From the sequence record MF158043: 64,000 nucleotides of DNA. One strand, written 5' to 3'. Of the stretch, positions 43,504 through 52,032 are shown piece after piece. Every line of letters begins with the position of its first letter. Position 1 is the stretch's first letter. The position numbers and the translations under genes were made by a program. Origin of the DNA: Shigella phage Sf16. The notes below the pieces were generated by a model that worked only from the letters and a program-made list of their open reading frames with translations, ran no database searches and was not told the origin of the DNA.

Positions 43504-45648
43504 ATGGTTAAAGTACAAATTATTAAGAAAGACGGTTCACTGGAAAAACCAAATGTAAATAAAATCGTCGAAGCAGTTACCAAGTCAGCTAATAGAGTTG
43601 GCTACAAAGAGTTACCACTAGAAGTTATCCATGCTCTTGAATCAGCCTTTATGAGACTGCTTGTCAGAGCAACTAATCAGAATGCTATGCTCATCTCTGT
43701 AGATGATGTTCACAGTATTGTGGAAGGAACTCTGGCAGAGATAAACCATGAAATCTACGAGTCATATTCAACCTACAGAAACTATCGTAAAGAGGTTGCA
43801 CAGAATTGGGATGAACTTTACCAGAAAACTAAAGACACACTCTTCTTAGGTGACCGTGAGAATGCTAACTTTGACAGTAGCTTAATCTCTACAAAAGGTT
43901 CAATCATCCGTGGGTATCTGACAAAAGAAATATTTAAGCAGTATCACTTGACACCAGAAGAAGCAAGTGCTATTGAAGATGGATTCATTTATATCCATGA
44001 CTTAAGAGATTTAATCTTCGGTGGTATTAACTGTTGCTTGTTTGACATTGGAAGTGTCTTGAAAGGTGGTTTTGAAATGTCCGGCATCGAATACTGTGAA
44101 CCAAAGTCTGTACTTTCAGCTTTACAGGTTATTGGTGACGTTGTACTCTCAGCAACTGCACAGCAGTTTGGTGGGTTCACTATCCCAGAGATTGACAAGG
44201 TTCTTGTGCCATATGCTAAGAAGTCTTTTGAGTATCATCTGGAAAAAGCAAAGCAGTATAATATCACAGGGAGAGGTGGTGCATACCACTATGCTAAAGA
44301 ACAACTTCAGATTGAGCTAACCCAAGGCTTCCAATCTCTGGAAATGAAACTGAATACAGTTCCTTGCAGCCGTGGTGACTTTGCATTCACAACCTTAACA
44401 TTTGGTTTACTCGAACCAGATATGGCTAGTGAAGATAACCGCTTGCAATTTATGATTGCGAAGACTATTCTTGATGTGAGAATGAATGGTCAAGGTAAAT
44501 CTAAGAAGCCTGTTGTATTCCCTAAACTGGTTTACATCTATGATGAAACAAGACACATGTTAGACCCTTGGCAGGGAACTCTTTATGACAAAGCTATTGA
44601 GTGCTGTTCTAAAGCTATGTACCCAGACTTCTTAAGTGTTTCTGGTCATGGTTCTGTTGCAGAAGCTTTTGAGCGTTCAGGTGCAGTCATCTCTCCAATG
44701 GGTTGCAGAGCTTTCTTATCTCCATATCATGATGAAGATGGTAAAGAGTTCTACACAGGGCGAGCAAATATCGGTGCAGTATCTCTTAATCTGCCAATGA
44801 TTTACAAGTATTCTGAAGAGAATGGTTTAGACTTCTGGACAGAACTTGACAAGTATCTTGAGATGATTAGAAGCTTCCATAAAAAGCGTTATGAGATGAT
44901 TGCTAATATGCCAGCAAGTTCTAACCCTCTGGCATTCACACAAGGTGGTTTGTATAAAGGTCATAAGAAGCCAACTGACAAGATTGGTTGGGATACTGTG
45001 AAGTCTTTTACAGCCTCTTTCGGTGTCACTGCATTGGATGAGTTGACAGTCCTTGCACAAGGTAAGAGATTACATGAGTCAGACGGTGATATTGCAAGTA
45101 AGGTTTTAAACTACCTGAATGGCAAACTGGAGCAGTTTAAACAGGAAGATGGTTTCTTGTATGCCCTCTATGGTACACCTGCTGAGAGCCTTTGTGGTAC
45201 GCAATTGAAGCAGTTTAGAAACATGTTTGGAGTTGTTAAAGGTGTATCTGATAAAGAATACTTTACAAACAGCTTCCACATGAATGTTGGTGCAGATATT
45301 ACACCATTTGAAAAGCAAGACTTAGAAGAACCTTTCTTCCATGCTTGTAATGGTGGTCATATCCAGTACGTTCGTATTGCTAATCCAGAGAATCATAAAG
45401 CTATTAGGGCTTGTGTGACAAGAGGTATGGGTAAAGGTTTCTATCAAGGTGTTAACTTTGACTTGGCAATCTGTGAGAATTGTGGTCACCGTCCAAGTGC
45501 AGATGTTGAGTTGTGTCCTAAGTGTAACTCACATGATATCTCTGTGATTAACCGTGTTTGTGGATACCTTGGCTGGACTAAGATTAAAGGTACTTCCAGA
45601 ATGAACGATGCAAAAATTGCTGAGATTCAGGATAGAAAATCTATGTAA
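43504..45648 (+). CDS. nrdD: anaerobic ribonucleotide reductase (class III)
   Basis: ATG 43504 with AGGAG RBS; C-terminal glycyl-radical motif RVCGYLGW preceded by CxxC...CxxC zinc ribbon. Confidence 0.85.
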   Translation: MVKVQIIKKDGSLEKPNVNKIVEAVTKSANRVGYKELPLEVIHALESAFMRLLVRATNQNAMLISVDDVHSIVEGTLAEINHEIYESYSTYRNYRKEVAQNWDELYQKTKDTLFLGDRENANFDSSLISTKGSIIRGYLTKEIFKQYHLTPEEASAIEDGFIYIHDLRDLIFGGINCCLFDIGSVLKGGFEMSGIEYCEPKSVLSALQVIGDVVLSATAQQFGGFTIPEIDKVLVPYAKKSFEYHLEKAKQYNITGRGGAYHYAKEQLQIELTQGFQSLEMKLNTVPCSRGDFAFTTLTFGLLEPDMASEDNRLQFMIAKTILDVRMNGQGKSKKPVVFPKLVYIYDETRHMLDPWQGTLYDKAIECCSKAMYPDFLSVSGHGSVAEAFERSGAVISPMGCRAFLSPYHDEDGKEFYTGRANIGAVSLNLPMIYKYSEENGLDFWTELDKYLEMIRSFHKKRYEMIANMPASSNPLAFTQGGLYKGHKKPTDKIGWDTVKSFTASFGVTALDELTVLAQGKRLHESDGDIASKVLNYLNGKLEQFKQEDGFLYALYGTPAESLCGTQLKQFRNMFGVVKGVSDKEYFTNSFHMNVGADITPFEKQDLEEPFFHACNGGHIQYVRIANPENHKAIRACVTRGMGKGFYQGVNFDLAICENCGHRPSADVELCPKCNSHDISVINRVCGYLGWTKIKGTSRMNDAKIAEIQDRKSM

Positions 45649-45716
45649 GTAGTTGACAAGGTGGTGTAGGTCTTGATAGGCTTACATCACCTTTTTATTG
45701 AGTATGGAATTAACGT

Positions 45717-45974
45717 ATGAGCTATGATTTTTGGCCTAAATTTTGGTTATGGTTTCTTGGGATTGCATTAGTAATTCTGGTAGGTTTTGCTGTGTATGAC
45801 AGTTACCACACTAAGCTTTGGATGACTGCAAACCATTGTCAGCAAACGTCACAGAGTAGAAATTACCTATACTATATGACAGTCATATCAGGCAACGCTA
45901 CAATCATCGTCCCACAAATCGGGACAGAGTACCTGTATGTTTGTGATAACAATCAAACAATATGGTGGTATTGA
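45717..45974 (+). CDS. small membrane protein
   Basis: 85 aa, TM helix FWLWFLGIALVILVGFAVY. Confidence 0.35.
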   Translation: MSYDFWPKFWLWFLGIALVILVGFAVYDSYHTKLWMTANHCQQTSQSRNYLYYMTVISGNATIIVPQIGTEYLYVCDNNQTIWWY

Positions 45975-46070
45975 TGATGATTAAAACATTCTTGTTAGTC
46001 ACCTTAGTAGGCTCTGTCTTACTAGGTTTCTTGTTAGGGCTTTTATACAACACATTGAAAGGAAAGAGAA

Positions 46071-46463
46071 ATGACTAAATTAAATAAAAATCAAATGAAC
46101 TGGCTTAAAGACTATGCTTTAGAGTGTGGCTCTTGTGAGAAAACTCACAGAAAATACTCAGAGTTTTACATAGCATGTACCCTTTTAATAACTGATTCTG
46201 TTATTGATGATGCAACGGATGATGACATTGAACTCCCTACGGAGTTGAGTGATAAAGTCTTAGTAGTAACTGGAACATGGTCAGATTCATATGGTACAGA
46301 AATTGGTGACATGTCTTTCTACAGTATTCAGCAAACAATGAACCCTAAGTACGTTGCTTTGATGACTCGTGCTCAGGAAGATGAACTGCTTCAGGAATTT
46401 ATTAAAGAGCACTGTGAAGAGTACGTCACAAAACATGTAAGTTTTGAAGTTGAGGTGTGCTAA
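46071..46463 (+). CDS. hypothetical protein
   Basis: 130-aa ORF. Confidence 0.35.
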   Translation: MTKLNKNQMNWLKDYALECGSCEKTHRKYSEFYIACTLLITDSVIDDATDDDIELPTELSDKVLVVTGTWSDSYGTEIGDMSFYSIQQTMNPKYVALMTRAQEDELLQEFIKEHCEEYVTKHVSFEVEVC

Positions 46464-46948
46464 TGAACTACATGGAAATACGAAAATTTGATACAGCGAA
46501 CGGTGAAGGTGCTCGTGTCAGTCTTTTTGTAGCTGGCTGCAAGCATCACTGTGAAGGTTGCTTTAACAAAGAGTCTTGGAAGTTTAATGCTGGTAAAGAG
46601 TTTACTTATGCAAACCTTTATGGCATTATGCAGATAATGAATGATGATGGAATTAGTGGTCTATCTATCCTTGGTGGAGAACCACTTGATGATAGAAATG
46701 TTCAGACAGTAACAAATATCTGTAAGCGGATTAAAACCGTATACCCAGACAAGTCTATCTGGTTATGGACAGGTTACCAGCTACATGAAAAAATTAACTT
46801 AGAAGTGATGAAATATGTTGACGTGGTAATAGATGGTAAGTATGATGCTTCTAAACCGACACACAAACCATATCGTGGGTCTGACAATCAAATACTTTGG
46901 AGAAAAGAATATGGCTGGCAAGGTGACTGTCAATGGAGAGCAGAATAG
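46457..46948 (+). CDS. nrdG: anaerobic RNR activating enzyme (radical SAM)
   Basis: CKHHCEGC (CxxxCxxC) cluster motif; follows nrdD. Confidence 0.7.
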   Translation: MLMNYMEIRKFDTANGEGARVSLFVAGCKHHCEGCFNKESWKFNAGKEFTYANLYGIMQIMNDDGISGLSILGGEPLDDRNVQTVTNICKRIKTVYPDKSIWLWTGYQLHEKINLEVMKYVDVVIDGKYDASKPTHKPYRGSDNQILWRKEYGWQGDCQWRAE

Positions 46949-46973
46949 AGCGGGTTTTCGAAGAGGTGAGATT

Positions 46974-47231
46974 ATGACCATCTCTTGTAATAGCTCACTG
47001 TTTGGAGAGTATAAGGTTAACCCTAACACTCTTGAAGATTGGCAGAAGTATACAAAGAGCCTTTTTGATACAACTGGATTAGACGCTTTAAAAAAGCTTG
47101 CAGAAGTTGAAGTTTTCAGAGTAAAATATAAGTCACACATGTCAAACTTCTACGCAACAAATATTGTTGAAGATGACAAAGTAATTTCCGTAACAGAAGA
47201 AGAACTGAAACAGTTCTGTATTAAACTTTAA
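46974..47231 (+). CDS. hypothetical protein
   Basis: ATG 46974 with GAGGTG RBS downstream of nrdG stop. Confidence 0.3.
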   Translation: MTISCNSSLFGEYKVNPNTLEDWQKYTKSLFDTTGLDALKKLAEVEVFRVKYKSHMSNFYATNIVEDDKVISVTEEELKQFCIKL

Positions 47232-47246
47232 TAGAGAGATATTAAA

Positions 47247-47504
47247 ATGGGAATTTTTTCAAACATGAAAGCAGGTTTCTTAGCAGCTCTGGCAAAAGCA
47301 GCAGCTATCGTTTCAATGACTGGTAAGCAGGTTGGAGTGGACGCTTCAGCAGTTGCACAGGTTCTTGCAAGCCATATTGAACAGCAACCTTACATCCATG
47401 TTGGACGTGGTAAAGGTGGCAAGAAGCAAGCTCATCGCCAAACTGGTGCAGCAGCAATTAAACGTGCAGCTAAAAAAGCTCGCAACCGTAAACGTAGCAA
47501 GTAA
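47247..47504 (+). CDS. hypothetical basic protein
   Basis: 85 aa, Lys/Arg-rich C-terminus. Confidence 0.35.
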   Translation: MGIFSNMKAGFLAALAKAAAIVSMTGKQVGVDASAVAQVLASHIEQQPYIHVGRGKGGKKQAHRQTGAAAIKRAAKKARNRKRSK

Positions 47505-47515
47505 GGATTACTAAA

Positions 47516-47827
47516 ATGGAAAAGATTTATAACACTCGTAAAATTCAGATTGCAATCCTGTGCCAGTTTATGGCTGATAAACACAATTCACACTATTGTG
47601 GTACAGGTTTCCTTATGCAAGGTAGTGGCTACATTAGTTTCAAAGAAGCTGTGAAGATGTATAATGAGCACCCTGAAGATGACAAAGAGTTGAAACAACT
47701 GAAGCTTACTTATGACAAGAAGCGTAAGAAAATTGTATGCTTGAACAACCTTATCAAGCCAACTGAAAACGTTTATGATTCAATTGGTGAAGAAGGTTTC
47801 TTAAAAGTCTTGAAAATAGCTCAGTAA
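47516..47827 (+). CDS. hypothetical protein
   Basis: 103-aa ORF. Confidence 0.35.
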   Translation: MEKIYNTRKIQIAILCQFMADKHNSHYCGTGFLMQGSGYISFKEAVKMYNEHPEDDKELKQLKLTYDKKRKKIVCLNNLIKPTENVYDSIGEEGFLKVLKIAQ

Positions 47828-47840
47828 ACGTATATGATTA

Positions 47841-47868
47841 GGGAACTGTAAAAGGTTCCCTTTTTATT
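47841..47868 (+). terminator. rho-independent terminator
   Basis: GGGAAC-uguaaaag-GUUCCC followed by UUUUUAUUUU. Confidence 0.6.
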
Positions 47869-47879
47869 TTGGAGAAATC

Positions 47880-48395
47880 ATGTACCATTCAAATCTGAAA
47901 CGTGCTGCTGCAATGTCTGTTCTTCGTCTTGATTTTGATGAGCGTCAAGAGTTCATCGAGTCACATCAGTATGACCCTTCAAATTCTAATCACATGGTGC
48001 TTTGGAATCGTGGTAAGTTCCGTGATAGTGCCTTGTTCCAGTACTACCCTCATTACACTATTGACAACCTCTATGAATACTGCGTTGTCAAGAACACTAT
48101 TGCAACCCTTAATAAGCTTTGTAGATATTCTGGAAAGAAAGCTTTCACATTAGGCCACCATAAGCCCGTGACAAAAGGTGGAGAGCACCATTGCTCGAAC
48201 TGGTTTATCCAGACTCAAGAAGATAACCAGAAGCAGGGAGAGAAGCTTCCAGAAGCCCCTAAGATGACTTGGGAGGAACAGAAAGCATATCTCAAAAATA
48301 ATATGCCACCAATGCTTGACAGGGAATATGCAGTTCTGGCAATATCACTCTTGTTGAAGCTTGAGACAGTTTATGAGGCAACTTATCATGGCTAG
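47880..48395 (+). CDS. HNH-like nuclease domain protein (putative)
   Basis: LGHHKPVTKGGEHHCSNWFIQTQEDNQKQG resembles the HNH core. Confidence 0.35.
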   Translation: MYHSNLKRAAAMSVLRLDFDERQEFIESHQYDPSNSNHMVLWNRGKFRDSALFQYYPHYTIDNLYEYCVVKNTIATLNKLCRYSGKKAFTLGHHKPVTKGGEHHCSNWFIQTQEDNQKQGEKLPEAPKMTWEEQKAYLKNNMPPMLDREYAVLAISLLLKLETVYEATYHG

Positions 48396-48666
48396 AGAAC
48401 AATGGGATATCAAAGAGCTTATTAGCGAAGCTGGAAATGGTAGTGAGATGTATATGATACGTGGTCACGTCCCAGATGCACTTGCTATTGAGATGATAGA
48501 CCACTACTCCAACGGATTCTATAAAGAGTTTGGAGAGCCAAATATTGAACGTACTTGGACAAAACCAGTACCAGACGGAACAGGAAACTGTTCAGTTATC
48601 TACCACATTGTAGACCCAAAGAAATGTAAATCAGCTATGGCTGTAACATTTGTAACTTTTGACTGA
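48388..48666 (+). CDS. hypothetical protein
   Basis: internal ATG 48388 of track ORF 48361-48666. Confidence 0.3.
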   Translation: MAREQWDIKELISEAGNGSEMYMIRGHVPDALAIEMIDHYSNGFYKEFGEPNIERTWTKPVPDGTGNCSVIYHIVDPKKCKSAMAVTFVTFD

Positions 48667-48676
48667 GAGATATATT

Positions 48677-49558
48677 ATGAAAACTACTATTCGAGTTCTA
48701 CTTAATTCAAATTCCAAAGGTTCTCATCAAGAGACCTTCAACATTATCCAGTTCCCTTCTGGGGAGATTGGTGGTAACTTCTCAGAAGACTTAGTAGGCT
48801 TTGTTGAACATGCTGCTGGTAAGATTGAAAATGTTATCTTCACTGTACAAGGTTATGACAAAGACACACTCTTTGCATTGGCTATGGCTAAAGAGGCTAT
48901 TGACCGCTTGATTCCTCAGAAAGCAACCATGAAAACTGTTCTTTTTGGATTCTTACCAAATGCTCGCTATGACCGTCACATGTTTAAAGGTGATGCAGCA
49001 GCACTTAAAGTCTTTGCAAATCTTGTAAATGCTATGGAGTTCGATGCAGTATGTGCTCTGGATACTCACAGTAATGTTGCAGAGAATTTGTTTAAGAGCT
49101 TCTACAACCTCCCTCAAAAAGAGGCAGCAGTCCACTTTGCAAGTGACCCACGCATTGATTACTTAGTGGCTCCAGATGCAGGTGCAGCTAAGAAGACTGA
49201 AGAGGCTGCTAAAGAGGTTGAGAAACCTTACATTACAATGGCTAAGGTACGAAACCTGAAAACTGGTGAAATCACTGGTATGCGAATCCTTGATGATGTA
49301 GACTTGACAGGTAAGACTGTCATGATTCTGGATGATATCTGTGACGGTGGTCGAACCTTTATCGAGGCTGCAAAGTATCTTCGTGAAGCTGGAGCAGAAC
49401 GTGTAGAGCTTTATGTGACTCATGGGATTTTCTCTAAAGGTGTTGAAAATCTTCTTGACAATGGTATCGACCATATCTACACTACAAACTCACTCGGGGA
49501 TGAAAAAGACCGTGGTCTTTCCCACTTCTCACAAGTGACCGTAGCAAATATTGAATAA
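48677..49558 (+). CDS. ribose-phosphate pyrophosphokinase (PRS)-like protein; candidate ADP-ribose pyrophosphate synthetase
   Basis: PRS N-domain FPSGEIGG and PRT-type motif VMILDDICDGGRTFIEAAKYLREAGA; adjacent to NAMPT-like gene. Confidence 0.75.
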   Translation: MKTTIRVLLNSNSKGSHQETFNIIQFPSGEIGGNFSEDLVGFVEHAAGKIENVIFTVQGYDKDTLFALAMAKEAIDRLIPQKATMKTVLFGFLPNARYDRHMFKGDAAALKVFANLVNAMEFDAVCALDTHSNVAENLFKSFYNLPQKEAAVHFASDPRIDYLVAPDAGAAKKTEEAAKEVEKPYITMAKVRNLKTGEITGMRILDDVDLTGKTVMILDDICDGGRTFIEAAKYLREAGAERVELYVTHGIFSKGVENLLDNGIDHIYTTNSLGDEKDRGLSHFSQVTVANIE

Positions 49559-49566
49559 CAACTTTA

Positions 49567-49582
49567 GGGGCTGAAAAGCCCC
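49567..49582 (+). promoter_or_regulatory. GNRA-tetraloop hairpin between PRS-like and NAMPT-like genes
   Basis: GGGGCU-gaaa-AGCCCC; identical 16-mer recurs at 54419-54434. Confidence 0.35.
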
Positions 49583-49602
49583 ACTTTGAGAGAGATAAAA
49601 AG

Positions 49603-51420
49603 ATGACTAAATCACTTTATGCAGTACCAGCAGCACTTAATGCAGATGCCTACAAATCTGGCCATTTCTACCAGTATCCAGATGCTACACAGTATCTTAT
49701 GCTGAACTTAACACCTCGTGGAGACAAATGGTTTAACTCTCCGTTAGAGATTGATGGTGTTGTAGCCTTTGGTATTCAGCGTTTTGTAAAAGACTATCTG
49801 GTAGACCACTGGAATGCAACGTTCTTTGAACGTGATAAGAAAGAAGCCATTGACGAAATCTTGGAAATCATGAATGGTGTTCTCGGTGCAGATGCTATTG
49901 GTCGTCAACATTGGGAAGAACTTCATGACTTGGGCTACCTACCTGTTGAAGTCTACTCTGTAGAGGAAGGTACAATTGTCCCTATGCGTGTCCCGATGAT
50001 TGTATTCAAAAACACTGTAGAGGGATTCCATTGGGTAGCTGGTTACCTTGAAGATGCTTTCTCTGCTGAAATCTGGAAAGCTTGTACGATTGCAACAATT
50101 GCACTGCACTACAAACGTATTTGTAAGCAATGGGCTGACAAGACCTGTGACAACGACTTCCATTTACCTTGGCAGTGTCATGACTTTGCAATGCGTGGTA
50201 TGTCTGGCTTCACAGATGATGCGTTTAACGCAGTAGGTCACCTGACAAGTTTTAAAGGTACTGACAGCTTCCCTGCTGTATATACAGCTAAACGTGCATA
50301 TGGTCAGTTTATGAATGTAGGTGAGATTGGTAACTCTGTCCCAGCGACTGAGCACTCTGTGATGTGTGCAAACATCTCATGGAACAGCCTTAACAAAGAG
50401 GTAAGTGATTGGCATCTATCGCATTCTGACAACTTACTTGATGCAATGCGTTGGCGTGGTGAGGTAGAAACTTTCCATCGCCTTCTGACAGAAGTTTACC
50501 CAACTGGTATTGCAAGTGCCGTATCAGATACTTACAACTTCTGGCGTACTGTTACACAGATTCTGCCAGAGCTACGTAATGTAATCCTGAATCGTGATGG
50601 TAAGTTGGTAATCCGTCCAGACTCTGGAGACCCTGTTCACATTGTCACAGGTTACAAAGCTGTTGAATGGGAAACTGCTAAGTCAATGTTCTATAAGCAC
50701 ATGAAAGAGCTTGCACCGAACAATACACATCTGCATGACACAATCTTGAATTGTGAAATGTCTGATATTGGCTTTGGGTTCTCTGCTTGGCTAATCTCTG
50801 AAGGTTATGAGATGGTTGTTGATAAAGAAGATTTTGAATCTGCTGATACAATCAACTTGATTACTGCTCAGAAGACTGGACAGTTTACTGTGAAGCGTAT
50901 GTTAACAGCAGAAATTGATGGAGCTATCCACACGCTGTATAACATCTTTGGTGGCACTGTTAACTCCAAAGGGTACAAAGTACTGGATGAGCACATTGGA
51001 CTAATCTACGGTGATTCAATCACTCTGGAAAGGGCTAATGAGATTCTGTCACGTCTTGCTGATAAAGGTTTTGCAAGTTCTAACGTAGTGTTTGGTGTAG
51101 GCTCATATACCTATCAGTACCTGACTCGTGACACCTTTGCATTTGCTGTTAAAGCAACTCTTGCACAGATGGATGGTCAAGAAATTATGCTGGCTAAAGA
51201 CCCTAAAACTGACAGTGGTCTTAAGAAGTCTGCTTTTGGTGGAGTTGTCCCTATGTGGGATGGTGACAAGCTAGTAGCTGTAGATGGTTTTGGCTTTGCA
51301 GAGTTTGAAGGTGCAATTGACAATTGTCATAGTGCTTTGAAGCTGGTATTTAGTAACTCGCAACCTTATGGTTACGTTAACCTGCGTGATGTTCGAAATA
51401 CTATTGACAAGCAACTTTAA
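49603..51420 (+). CDS. nicotinamide phosphoribosyltransferase (NAMPT/NadV)-like protein
   Basis: 605 aa, N-terminal NADAYKSGHFYQYP signature of NAMPT family. Confidence 0.8.
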   Translation: MTKSLYAVPAALNADAYKSGHFYQYPDATQYLMLNLTPRGDKWFNSPLEIDGVVAFGIQRFVKDYLVDHWNATFFERDKKEAIDEILEIMNGVLGADAIGRQHWEELHDLGYLPVEVYSVEEGTIVPMRVPMIVFKNTVEGFHWVAGYLEDAFSAEIWKACTIATIALHYKRICKQWADKTCDNDFHLPWQCHDFAMRGMSGFTDDAFNAVGHLTSFKGTDSFPAVYTAKRAYGQFMNVGEIGNSVPATEHSVMCANISWNSLNKEVSDWHLSHSDNLLDAMRWRGEVETFHRLLTEVYPTGIASAVSDTYNFWRTVTQILPELRNVILNRDGKLVIRPDSGDPVHIVTGYKAVEWETAKSMFYKHMKELAPNNTHLHDTILNCEMSDIGFGFSAWLISEGYEMVVDKEDFESADTINLITAQKTGQFTVKRMLTAEIDGAIHTLYNIFGGTVNSKGYKVLDEHIGLIYGDSITLERANEILSRLADKGFASSNVVFGVGSYTYQYLTRDTFAFAVKATLAQMDGQEIMLAKDPKTDSGLKKSAFGGVVPMWDGDKLVAVDGFGFAEFEGAIDNCHSALKLVFSNSQPYGYVNLRDVRNTIDKQL

Positions 51421-51435
51421 AACAGTATGATAAGA

Positions 51436-51459
51436 GGCTCCCGTAGGAGCCTTTTTAAT
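51436..51459 (+). terminator. rho-independent terminator
   Basis: GGCUCC-cgua-GGAGCC followed by UUUUU. Confidence 0.6.
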
Positions 51460-51473
51460 TTGTGGAGATTACT

Positions 51474-51809
51474 ATGAAAATTAAACAGATGAATGTTAAT
51501 TTAATCATTGAAGAACGTTGGGAAAACATCAAGCGCCATGAAGATGGTCATAAGTTTATCAATGAACTGTTTCAAGCAGCACAATCAGAGTTAGCTTCTG
51601 AGATTTATACAACGGTTACTTTGAAGGTTTATATCAAAGGTCTTCCACAGAACCATCAAGAAGCTCTTGATTTGTTTCAAGAAGAATTTTACAATCCAAA
51701 CAAAAAGATACTTGAGAATAGTTTTGCAGTATCTTCGAGTATTGTCCATGACAGGAGTTTTGTCCTATTCAGAACTATAGGAGACAAGGTATGCAAGGTT
51801 ATTGGTTAG
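51474..51809 (+). CDS. hypothetical protein
   Basis: ATG 51474 with GGAG RBS (track start 51462 is GTG). Confidence 0.35.
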   Translation: MKIKQMNVNLIIEERWENIKRHEDGHKFINELFQAAQSELASEIYTTVTLKVYIKGLPQNHQEALDLFQEEFYNPNKKILENSFAVSSSIVHDRSFVLFRTIGDKVCKVIG

Positions 51810-51970
51810 AAATTGTTCTTTCACTCGGTTGTATAGTTGCTATTGCAGTGTTACTATGCAAGTACTTCTCAGAGACTGAACCTTGTGATGAATGTGAAGG
51901 TTCTGGGGTAGTTGGTATAGGGCATTGTTGCCCTTACTGTAATGGAACTGGAAAGAAATTTAAAAAGTAA
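51791..51970 (+). CDS. candidate 59-aa membrane-anchored miniprotein with two CxxCxGxG zinc-finger motifs (not in ORF track)
   Basis: hand translation MQGYWLEIVLSLGCIVAIAVLLCKYFSETEPCDECEGSGVVGIGHCCPYCNGTGKKFKK. Confidence 0.35.
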   Translation: MQGYWLEIVLSLGCIVAIAVLLCKYFSETEPCDECEGSGVVGIGHCCPYCNGTGKKFKK

Positions 51971-51971
51971 C

Positions 51972-52001
51972 TTGACAGTGGCATCTATAAAATTATATAG
52001 T
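51972..52001 (+). promoter_or_regulatory. promoter TTGACA-16-TATATA overlapping dyad GTGGCA...TGCCAC, upstream of rIIA
   Basis: hexamers and dyad read directly. Confidence 0.45.
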
Positions 52002-52032
52002 TTGCCACATCGACAACTAAGGAGATATTCTT

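Noticed and set aside
49550-49600. Promoter between the PRS-like and NAMPT-like genes
   Set aside because: Only a TTGAAT-like hexamer with no acceptable -10 at the right spacing; the two genes are more likely co-transcribed, with the hairpin acting in RNA processing or stability.
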